Source: Candidatus Giovannonibacteria bacterium (GTDB taxonomy: Bacteria; Patescibacteriota; Minisyncoccia; JACPKW01; UBA11713). Taken from it: a stretch of 64,000 bases of DNA. The translations under genes were made by a program, and so were the position numbers. This document shows, in pieces, positions 56,435 through 64,000 of this stretch. The notes beneath the pieces are model-generated. The model was not told the DNA's origin. It was given only the letters and a program-made list of their open reading frames with translations, and did no database searches. Position 1 is the first letter of the stretch. Each line of letters opens with the position of its first letter. Location: the NCBI GenBank assembly GCA_016186825.1, contig JACPKW010000004.1, forward strand, positions 64,428 to 128,427, read 5' to 3'.

Positions 56435-57698
56435 TTTTTTTAAAAATTCGTTAAAAAATTTGGATGAAGCTGGCCGAGTCGGGAAAATTGACTCTGAAGT
56501 TTTAAAAATTTTGCAAAGTCCCGAGCGGACGCTTGAAGCGAATCTTCCGGTGCGGATGGATTCGGGCGAGCTGAAAATTTTTAAAGCATGGCGCGTGCAG
56601 TATTCAAGCTCGCTCGGCCCTTACAAGGGCGGCATTCGCTTTCATCCGGAAAGTTCACTCGAAGAAGTCGAGGCGCTCTCATTTTTGATGACTTTTAAGA
56701 ATGCGGCGCTTGGGCTTGCGTTCGGCGGCGGGAAGGGTGCGGTTAAAGTTAATCCCAAAGAAATGAGTTCTGGAGAACTCGAACGCCTTTCGCGCGCTTT
56801 TGTGCGTGGTTTTTATGATGTGTTCGGTCCGGACAAGGATGTCCCCGCGCCGGATGTAAATACAAATCCAACAGTCCTCGGCTGGATGTCAGATGAATTT
56901 GATAAAATTGCAGGCAAAAAAACTCCCCGGGCTTTTACCGGAAAACCGCTCGAATTAGGCGGCATAGTTTCGAGAGAGTCTTCCACGGGCTACGGCGGCT
57001 TTATAGTTATTCGTGAAATTTTGAAATTTGCGGGATATCCTTCTAGCGCCTTGAAGGTGGCAGTGCAGGGTTTTGGAAATGTTGGTTCGCATCTCGCAGA
57101 AATTCTTGATGAAAGCGGTTTTCGGGTTGTTGCAGTTTCGGATTCCAAAAGCGCGCTCTATGCGAATGGCGGACTCGACATCAGAAAAATAATCAAAGAT
57201 CGTGAAAAAGAGGGGCGGCTTACAAAAAACATATGTTATTATAAAAACGTAGAGAATCTTTCATCCGAAGAAGGGTGCGAAGTTATTTCAAATGAAGATC
57301 TGCTTAAACTCGATACAGATATTTTAATTCCCGCGGCTATAGAGGGAGCGATTAATGCTTCAAATGCGGGAGATATTAAAGCCAAGATTATTCTTGAAAT
57401 GTCGAACGGAGGAATTTCAGAAAATGCATACGAAATTTTGGCGGGAAAAAATATTTTGGTAATTCCAGATATACTTGCCAACGGCGGGGGAGTTGCGGGG
57501 AGTTTTCTAGAGTGGCTATCAAACAGGGAGAATAGACTTCTTGGCGCTGAAAAGGAATTCAAAAAACTGGAAGAGTATATGGCGAACGCCGCGAAAAATA
57601 TCTGGGATAAAAGCCTTGAATTAAAAACCAATTTGCGCATCGCGGCCTATGTCGTGGCGCTTGAGAGACTGTCTAAGGAAATTAAAAATAAAATTTAA
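56424..57698 (+). CDS. gdh: Glu/Leu/Phe/Val dehydrogenase family (likely glutamate dehydrogenase)
   Basis: GGGKGA catalytic Lys region and GFGNVG Rossmann motif. Confidence 0.8.
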   Translation: MAADFFKNSLKNLDEAGRVGKIDSEVLKILQSPERTLEANLPVRMDSGELKIFKAWRVQYSSSLGPYKGGIRFHPESSLEEVEALSFLMTFKNAALGLAFGGGKGAVKVNPKEMSSGELERLSRAFVRGFYDVFGPDKDVPAPDVNTNPTVLGWMSDEFDKIAGKKTPRAFTGKPLELGGIVSRESSTGYGGFIVIREILKFAGYPSSALKVAVQGFGNVGSHLAEILDESGFRVVAVSDSKSALYANGGLDIRKIIKDREKEGRLTKNICYYKNVENLSSEEGCEVISNEDLLKLDTDILIPAAIEGAINASNAGDIKAKIILEMSNGGISENAYEILAGKNILVIPDILANGGGVAGSFLEWLSNRENRLLGAEKEFKKLEEYMANAAKNIWDKSLELKTNLRIAAYVVALERLSKEIKNKI

Positions 57699-57700
57699 AT

Positions 57701-58711
57701 ATGGCAAAAATAGCGATTAATGGTTTTGGAAGGATTGGGAGGTCGTTTTTCCGAGCCGCTTTTGGAGATTCTGATCTCGACGTCATTGCAATAAACGATT
57801 TAACTTCGCCTGAAACGCTCGCTTATCTTCTGAAATACGATTCGGTCTATGGAAGATACGATAAAGAAATTAAAATTCAAAATTCAAAATTCAAAATTGA
57901 AGGGAAAGAAATTCAAATCTTTGCCCAAAAAGATCCGGCGAAACTGCCTTGGGGCAAATTGGGCGTTGACATAGTGCTCGAATCCACAGGATTTTTTACT
58001 GACGGCGCAAAAGCGAAAGCGCATCTCGACGCCGGCGCGAAACGCGTTGTAATCACGGCTCCCGCGAAGGGAGATGTTACGACGGCATTGATCGGTGTGA
58101 ATAACGATTCGTTTGAAAGCGCCCTTCCGATTACTGCTAACGCTTCCTGCACGACGAATTCTGTTGCCCCCGTAATGAAAGTGATTTTAGAAAATTTTGG
58201 AATTGAGAAAGCGACGATGACTACAGTGCATGGTTACACCGCAACTCAAAAACTTGTAGATGGCCCTGATGAAAAAGACATGCGCCGCGGACGCGCCGCA
58301 GCGGTTAACATCGTCCCATCTACGACTGGTGCGGCGGAGGCGGTGATTCAAGCGATTCCCGAACTCGAGGGTAGATTTAATGCCGAATCCATGAGAGTCC
58401 CGATAGTTTCAGGCTCAATCAGCATCATTTCAGTGTTTATAAAAAAAGAGACGACGGCAGAAGAAGTAAATGAGATTTTCAGGAAGGCGGCGGGAGAAAA
58501 ACGCTGGCAGAAAATTTTAAAAGCGACCGATGATCCGATTGTTTCCACTGATATAATCGGCGAGCCCTACGGCGCGATTGTGGATTTGACGCTTACGAAA
58601 GTTCTCGGAGGTGACTTCATAAAAGTTTTTTCTTGGTACGACAATGAAGCAGGTTATACCGCGACATTAGTGGAGCATGTTAAAAGGATAGTTAAGAATT
58701 TGAATGAATAG
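57701..58711 (+). CDS. gap: glyceraldehyde-3-phosphate dehydrogenase
   Basis: INGFGRIGR, ASCTTN active-site Cys motif. Confidence 0.9.
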   Translation: MAKIAINGFGRIGRSFFRAAFGDSDLDVIAINDLTSPETLAYLLKYDSVYGRYDKEIKIQNSKFKIEGKEIQIFAQKDPAKLPWGKLGVDIVLESTGFFTDGAKAKAHLDAGAKRVVITAPAKGDVTTALIGVNNDSFESALPITANASCTTNSVAPVMKVILENFGIEKATMTTVHGYTATQKLVDGPDEKDMRRGRAAAVNIVPSTTGAAEAVIQAIPELEGRFNAESMRVPIVSGSISIISVFIKKETTAEEVNEIFRKAAGEKRWQKILKATDDPIVSTDIIGEPYGAIVDLTLTKVLGGDFIKVFSWYDNEAGYTATLVEHVKRIVKNLNE

Positions 58712-58749
58712 ATTTTTTCGGGCAATTTTAATTGGAGTTGAACGTTCTA

Positions 58750-59238
58750 ATGAAAATTTATATCGGTTCTGATCATGCAGGCTTCGAACTTAAAGAAAAA
58801 CTCAAGAAATTTTTGGGTGAGTTGGGGCATGAAGTTGAGGATAAAGGCGCCTTTGAGCTGAATTTGGAAGATAACTATCCAGATTTTATAAAACCTGTTG
58901 CAGAAGCTGTCGCAAAAGATTTTGTCAGCTTTGGCGTAGTTATCGGCGGATCAGGACAGGCGGAAGCGATTTGCGCGAACCGCGTGAAAGGCGCGCGTGC
59001 CGCAGTTTTTTACGGTCCGAAAGCTACCATTGGTGCTGCTGATGTTACAGGAAGGATTTCAGAAGATCCTTTTGAAATTGTCCGGCTTGCCCGCTTGCAT
59101 AATAACGCAAATATTTTATCAATCGGTGCGCGTTTTGTTTCGGAGGAAGAAGCGAAAGAAGCGGCTAAAATTTTTCTTTCGACTGAATTCGAAGGCGGAC
59201 GGCATCAGAGGCGCGTGAAAAAAATTGACAATTTGTAA
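58750..59238 (+). CDS. rpiB: ribose-5-phosphate isomerase B
   Basis: MKIYIGSDHAGFELKE N-terminus typical of RpiB/LacAB. Confidence 0.8.
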   Translation: MKIYIGSDHAGFELKEKLKKFLGELGHEVEDKGAFELNLEDNYPDFIKPVAEAVAKDFVSFGVVIGGSGQAEAICANRVKGARAAVFYGPKATIGAADVTGRISEDPFEIVRLARLHNNANILSIGARFVSEEEAKEAAKIFLSTEFEGGRHQRRVKKIDNL

Positions 59239-59316
59239 GAAAATAAATTGAACGCGCGTCCTAAACATGGAACGCTCAAAAGATAAAGGTCGGGATTATA
59301 GAATTATATTCTTGAT

Positions 59317-59850
59317 ATGAAAAGATATTATTTGATTGCAGGTTTGCTTTTGACAGTCGGACTTCTTGTTTTGCCTGTCATTGCTAAAGAAAATAGTTCA
59401 ACAATGGCTCTCGAAAGAGCAATAGATAAACTTGAAAAATTCGAGCTTCCGGACGTGGAATCAACCGGCTCACATAATCAGTCGCTTTTTGTAGGTCCGC
59501 GGGGACAAGTCCGAATAATTTCCGGTGAGGTTAAATCTATCGCAAGTTCGACGATTTCTGTCGAGGTTTGGGGACTCACTTTGCAGGTGAATATCGGCTC
59601 TGCTTCTTTTAGGCCAAAGGGAGAATTGGCATCCACTCTGAAAGTTGGTGATAAAGTGAATATCAAAGGAAAAATGAATAGCGCCGGCGGAGTAGATGCG
59701 GAGGTTGTCCATAATCTTTCGCGCCGAAAGGCGGTTACGGACGAGCTTTCAGCTCAAATCAGAAAATTGATTGAAAGATTGCGCGAGCTCCAACTAAAAG
59801 CGGGCATGCCTTTAACGCCGCTTCCCGTTGCCACTTCCACAACTCCGTAG
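59317..59850 (+). CDS. secreted hypothetical protein (177 aa)
   Basis: Signal peptide; followed by a clear terminator. Confidence 0.4.
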   Translation: MKRYYLIAGLLLTVGLLVLPVIAKENSSTMALERAIDKLEKFELPDVESTGSHNQSLFVGPRGQVRIISGEVKSIASSTISVEVWGLTLQVNIGSASFRPKGELASTLKVGDKVNIKGKMNSAGGVDAEVVHNLSRRKAVTDELSAQIRKLIERLRELQLKAGMPLTPLPVATSTTP

Positions 59851-59867
59851 TTTTCTAAGATTTAAAT

Positions 59868-59900
59868 CAAAATGCCCCGCAGTTTGCGGGGCATTTTGAT
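59868..59900 (+). terminator. rho-independent terminator
   Basis: AAAATGCCCCGCAGTTTGCGGGGCATTTTGATTTTT. Confidence 0.85.
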
Positions 59901-59963
59901 TTTTCGCTATTCACATAGCGAAAATGATATTGTGCTATCGTTTATATGTAAATACAATTTTCG

Positions 59964-61607
59964 ATGCCAAGCCCAAGGTATATTTTTATTGTAGGCGGAG
60001 TTATGTCCGGCATAGGTAAAGGCATTGCGACTGCATCAGTGGCCCGTATTTTGAAGTCCAAAGGATTCAATGCAACTTGCGTTAAAATCGATCCTTATCT
60101 GAACGTTGATGCCGGAACAATGAATCCGATCGAGCACGGAGAAGTTTTTGTGACCGAAGACGGGATGGAATGCGATCAGGATATCGGAAATTATGAAAGA
60201 TTTTTAGGCGAAAATATTTACGCAATGAATTACATGACTTCCGGCTCTGTTTATCTCTCTGTAATCGAGCGGGAGCGCGCTCTCAAATATGAGGGGAAAT
60301 GCGTGGAAATAGTCCCGCATATTCCGGAAGAGGTTATCAGTCGGCTTTCGAAAGTAGCAAAGAAAACGAAAGCCGATTTTATTTTGGTTGAAATCGGAGG
60401 CACGGTCGGGGAATATCAAAATCTGCTTTTTTTGGAAGCGGCGCGGATGATGCATTTGAAAGATCCGAAAAATATCATGTTTGTTTTGGTGAGCTACCTT
60501 CCGATTCCGAAAAAAATCGGAGAGATGAAGACGAAGCCCACACAATATGCAGTACGCTCGCTTAACTCCGCGGGAATCCAGCCGGACTTTATTATTGCGC
60601 GCTCCGAAGCGCCGCTCGATGAGCCTCGGAAAAGAAAACTTTCAATTTTTTGCAATGTGCATGCCGAAGATGTTATTTCCGCCCCCGACATTGATAACAT
60701 TTATCAAGCGCCGGTTAATTTTGAAAAAGATAAGCTTGGCGATAAAATTTTAAAAAAATTTGAAATCCGCCGGCGCGAAAAAGATTTGGTTGAATGGTCG
60801 AAAATGCTGCGGCGCGCTCTTTTTTCGCGCCGAGAAGTCAAAATCGGAATTGTTGGAAAATACTTCGGAACAGGGAAGTTCACACTTTCTGATTCCTATA
60901 TTTCCGTGATTGAAGCAATTAAGCATGCCGCGTGGCATTTTTCTCGCAAGCCTCGAATTTTCTGGCTTGAGGCCGAAGCTTATGAAAAAAATCCTAGAAA
61001 AATAAAAGAAGAGCTGTCGGAGCTCGACGGAATAATCGTCCCGGGAGGCTTCGGAAACAGGGGAATTGAGGGCAAAATCAAAGCGATTGAATTTGCAAGA
61101 AAAAATAAGAAACCGTATTTAGGCCTGTGCTATGGAATGCAGCTTGCGGTCGTTGAATTCGCGCGGCACGTAGCCGGCATGAACGGAGCGCATACGACGG
61201 AGGCAAACCCAAAGACAAAATATCCCGTTATTGATATTATGGCGGAACAGAAGGAGAAGATTTTTACAAAAAATATGGGTGCTACGATGCGGCTCGGCGC
61301 CTATGCCTGCAGGCTAAAGGAAAAGACACTTGCGTTTAAAGCCTATGGAATAAAAACGATTCATGAAAGGCATCGGCATCGCTATGAATTTAACAGCGCG
61401 TTGCAAAATGTTTTGGAGTCGAAAGGTCTGATGATTTCTGGGGTGAATCCCGAATCGGGGCTTGTTGAAATAATTGAGCTGAAAGATCATCCTTTTTTTG
61501 TCGGCTCTCAATTTCATCCGGAATTCAAATCGCGCCCGCTTTCTCCGCATCCGCTTTTCAGGGAATTTATTAAAGCGGCGATTTCAAAAAAGAAATCTAA
61601 AAGATAA
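59964..61607 (+). CDS. pyrG: CTP synthase
   Basis: N-terminal synthetase domain GGVMSGIGKG and C-terminal GATase GLCYGMQ. Confidence 0.95.
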   Translation: MPSPRYIFIVGGVMSGIGKGIATASVARILKSKGFNATCVKIDPYLNVDAGTMNPIEHGEVFVTEDGMECDQDIGNYERFLGENIYAMNYMTSGSVYLSVIERERALKYEGKCVEIVPHIPEEVISRLSKVAKKTKADFILVEIGGTVGEYQNLLFLEAARMMHLKDPKNIMFVLVSYLPIPKKIGEMKTKPTQYAVRSLNSAGIQPDFIIARSEAPLDEPRKRKLSIFCNVHAEDVISAPDIDNIYQAPVNFEKDKLGDKILKKFEIRRREKDLVEWSKMLRRALFSRREVKIGIVGKYFGTGKFTLSDSYISVIEAIKHAAWHFSRKPRIFWLEAEAYEKNPRKIKEELSELDGIIVPGGFGNRGIEGKIKAIEFARKNKKPYLGLCYGMQLAVVEFARHVAGMNGAHTTEANPKTKYPVIDIMAEQKEKIFTKNMGATMRLGAYACRLKEKTLAFKAYGIKTIHERHRHRYEFNSALQNVLESKGLMISGVNPESGLVEIIELKDHPFFVGSQFHPEFKSRPLSPHPLFREFIKAAISKKKSKR

Positions 61608-61610
61608 AGA

Positions 61611-62423
61611 ATGCCAGAACTTCCGGAAGTTGAAATTACAACGAGAAAACTTGAGCCGCTTCTGATAGGGAAGCGGATTTTAAATTTTTGGACAGACTGG
61701 CCACGCGGATTAAAAATGTCCAGCGCAATGTCAAACATCAGAGGTTTGACAATAAGGAAAGTTTTTCGAAGAGGCAAGGTAATTTTTCTGGAACTTTCCA
61801 AAGGATATTTATTGGCTTTCCACCAACGCATGAGCGGGAAATTGTTGGTTGTTACAAAAAATATTCAGGATAAACACATTCATCATCGCTTCGATATATC
61901 GAAGTCAAGAGCACTTATTTTTCACGACGTTAGAAAATTTGGAGTTGTTTGGTTTGGGAAGGAAAAAGAAATTTTGAAAGATAAATTTCTTTCTGGGCTC
62001 GGGCATGACCCGCTCACCCTTTCTTTCAAAGATTTTAAAAAATCGCTCGCGCCTTTCAAGGGGGCGATCAAGCCGCTTCTCTTACGCCAGGATGTTCTCT
62101 CCGGGATCGGAAATATTATTGCCGATGAAAGTCTGTGGCATGCCCGGGTTTATCCAAAGAGAAGGAGAGAGAATTTGAGTGAAAGTGAATTAAAAAAATT
62201 GTATTCATCGATTCGTTTTGTTTTGAGAAAGTCTATCCGGCTCGGAGGAACGACTATGCGCGATTGGCTGCATCCGGATAATTCAAAAGGGAGATATTAT
62301 GCAAGAAGATTTGTTTACAAACGGGCGGGTGAGCCGTGCTCGCACTGCGGGACGCTTGTAAAGAGGATCAAAATAGGCTCTCGGGGGACTTTCATTTGTG
62401 AACAATGCCAGAGCGAAAAATAA
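61611..62423 (+). CDS. mutM: formamidopyrimidine-DNA glycosylase
   Basis: MPELPEVE N-terminus with catalytic Pro2/Glu3, C-terminal CxxC...CxxC zinc finger. Confidence 0.9.
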   Translation: MPELPEVEITTRKLEPLLIGKRILNFWTDWPRGLKMSSAMSNIRGLTIRKVFRRGKVIFLELSKGYLLAFHQRMSGKLLVVTKNIQDKHIHHRFDISKSRALIFHDVRKFGVVWFGKEKEILKDKFLSGLGHDPLTLSFKDFKKSLAPFKGAIKPLLLRQDVLSGIGNIIADESLWHARVYPKRRRENLSESELKKLYSSIRFVLRKSIRLGGTTMRDWLHPDNSKGRYYARRFVYKRAGEPCSHCGTLVKRIKIGSRGTFICEQCQSEK

Positions 62424-62438
62424 GCTAAAATAGATGCA

Positions 62439-63068
62439 ATGATTGAAGTAGTTCCCGCGATTAACGCTGAAAGTTTTGAAGAGGTTGTTCGGAAAATAAA
62501 AAAAATTGAGCCTTTTTCTCGCTGGGTTCACATCGATATTGCAGACGGTACTTTTACGCCAAATTCGATTTGGCATCATTCCGAGGACTTGATGACCCTT
62601 GATACTCCATTGTTTGTAGAGCTTCATTTAATGATCGCTGATATGGACTTGCGCTGGCGCGATTGGACCTTGCCAGCTGTGAACCGAATAATTTTTCATT
62701 TTGAAGCGGCGCATGATCCGACCTTGGTAATCGGAAAAATTCATGATGCGGGGCAGGAAGCGGGGATTGCGATTCGTCCGGAAACCGATTGGCACAAAGT
62801 TGAGCCTTTTTTAACTACCGCGGATTTGGTTCAGACTTTAGCGGTGCCCCCGGGAAAACCGGGCCAAGAATTTCGACCCGAGGTTATAGACAAGATTCGC
62901 GCCTTATCGTCTCATCACGATGAATGTATAATTGAGGTAGATGGCGGGATTAATCAAAAGACGGGAAAAGAGTGCGTGGAGGCTGGAGCAAAGATTCTCG
63001 TTTCCGCAAATTATATTTTTAACGCTCCGGATATTGGGAAAGCGATCGAGGAATTGCGGTCAGTATAA
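62439..63068 (+). CDS. rpe: ribulose-phosphate 3-epimerase
   Basis: PAINAESF, HIDIADGTFTPN metal-binding motifs. Confidence 0.85.
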   Translation: MIEVVPAINAESFEEVVRKIKKIEPFSRWVHIDIADGTFTPNSIWHHSEDLMTLDTPLFVELHLMIADMDLRWRDWTLPAVNRIIFHFEAAHDPTLVIGKIHDAGQEAGIAIRPETDWHKVEPFLTTADLVQTLAVPPGKPGQEFRPEVIDKIRALSSHHDECIIEVDGGINQKTGKECVEAGAKILVSANYIFNAPDIGKAIEELRSV

Positions 63069-63096
63069 TCGTAAAATTGTTTAAATAGTTCTGATA

Positions 63097-63954
63097 ATGC
63101 ATCTTCACGACGAAAAAATTAAATTTCTGGAGGAGACCGCGAACAAAATTCGTGAATCTATCATTGAAATGCTTGTGGAGGCTGGAAGCGGGCATACCGC
63201 GGGGCCTTTGGGAATGGCGGATATTTTTACTGCGTTTTATTTTCATATTTTAAATCACGATCCAAAAAATCCGCTCTGGCCGGATCGGGACAGGTTATTT
63301 TTATCAAATGGCCATATTTGCCCCGTGCAATATGCCGCACTTGCGCATGCGGGATATTTCACGCTCGATGAACTGAAAACGCTTCGAAAATTTGGAACAC
63401 GACTGCAGGGTCATCCCCATCGCGGGGCTTTGCCCGGCGTTGAGTCAACTTCCGGACCTTTGGGTTCCGGCCTTTCGCAGGCCGCGGGATATGCGTATGG
63501 GGCGAGAATGGATGGAAAAAGATTTCGAGTTTACTGCCTGATGTCAGACGGTGAACATGACGCGGGAAATATTTGGGAAGGCGCGATGTTTGCTGGCAAA
63601 TATAAACTCTCGAATTTAACAGGATTGATTGATAGAAATAATATTCAGATTGATGGGATGACGGAAGACATCATGCCTTTGGAGCCGCTTCGAAAAAAGT
63701 ATGAAGCGTTTAATTGGCATGTCATAGAGATAGATGGTCACAATTTTGAAGAGATTGTGAATGCGGTTGAAGAAGCGAAAGCGATTTATGAAAAACCGAC
63801 ACTTGTAATCGCGCACACGATTCCCGGAAAAGGGATCAAAGAAATCGAGTTTGATTATAAATGGCACGGCGTACCTCCCAATAAAGAGCAAGCCGCGAAG
63901 TTTTTGTCGGAACTTCGCACGCTCGGCGGAAAAATTACAAGCGAACATCAATAA
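63097..63954 (+). CDS. transketolase, N-terminal (TPP-binding) subunit
   Basis: GSGHTAGPLGMAD, GHPHRG, CLMSDGE, GDGE-like TPP motifs; split-type Tkt. Confidence 0.85.
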   Translation: MHLHDEKIKFLEETANKIRESIIEMLVEAGSGHTAGPLGMADIFTAFYFHILNHDPKNPLWPDRDRLFLSNGHICPVQYAALAHAGYFTLDELKTLRKFGTRLQGHPHRGALPGVESTSGPLGSGLSQAAGYAYGARMDGKRFRVYCLMSDGEHDAGNIWEGAMFAGKYKLSNLTGLIDRNNIQIDGMTEDIMPLEPLRKKYEAFNWHVIEIDGHNFEEIVNAVEEAKAIYEKPTLVIAHTIPGKGIKEIEFDYKWHGVPPNKEQAAKFLSELRTLGGKITSEHQ

Positions 63955-64000
63955 AATGAAAAACAGGAAAAAGGATAAAACAGAGTCAGTTTTATATTTT

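Overview
This 64 kb window looks like a compact, small-genome bacterium; the gene content and operon layout are CPR/Patescibacteria-like (inference). Housekeeping genes sit almost entirely on the + strand and are interrupted by at least two accessory regions.

Core genes, in order:
- two tRNAs (Met/Ile-CAT, Asp-GTC);
- a DUF192 protein, a FemAB-family transferase, a P-type Ca/Mg ATPase, and pheS on the - strand;
- a TrpR/YerC-like regulator, gyrB, then secE-nusG-rplK;
- a dTTP-synthesis block (dcd, tmk, a MazG-like hydrolase, a long ThyX-like protein) sitting where rplA-rplJ-rplL normally are;
- secD-secF, rpoB-rpoC, ftsK, recA, and a second DUF192;
- a FAD oxidoreductase, a DUF4015-like glycosidase, dsbA-like, trxB, gdh, gap, rpiB, pyrG, mutM, rpe, and the start of tkt.

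Accessory regions:
1. A 4.2 kb low-coding island immediately after rpoC (24.7-28.9 kb). It carries a consensus sigma70 promoter driving a ~155 nt terminator-capped candidate sRNA, several tiny ORFs behind perfect AAAGGAGGTGA Shine-Dalgarno sites, a RelE/ParE-type toxin-antitoxin pair, two ~125 bp direct repeats, and a family of palindromes of the form TATGAT-NN-ATCATA.
2. A HicB/HicA cassette inserted with a 46 bp target duplication into the 3' end of a secreted repeat-protein gene (40.4-41.1 kb).
3. An AT-rich island (41.2-48.1 kb) encoding a microcin-B17-like azole RiPP (TOMM) cluster. Its components are a YcaO cyclodehydratase with a C-terminal PxPxP motif, a SagB/McbC-type dehydrogenase, and a translationally coupled PyrE-like PRTase::PQQ-beta-propeller fusion. 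A divergent arm carries a Gly/Ser/Cys/Asp-rich precursor-like peptide and a PaaK/F390-synthetase-like adenylating enzyme.

Other notable items: a monomeric mitochondrial-type PheRS (PheS catalytic core plus a PheT-type FDX-ACB domain); a shared TTCTCTAACGGGG inverted-repeat riboregulator-like element at two loci; two unrelated 36 bp perfect palindromes; a structured element with a 20 bp perfect closing stem after secF; a promoter/terminator leader before rpoB; two giant surface proteins sharing a C-terminal module; and an unannotated 58 aa Cys/His-rich peptide upstream of trxB.

No rRNA, CRISPR array or transposase was seen. Coordinates of non-ORF features are hand-counted and may be off by 1-2 nt.
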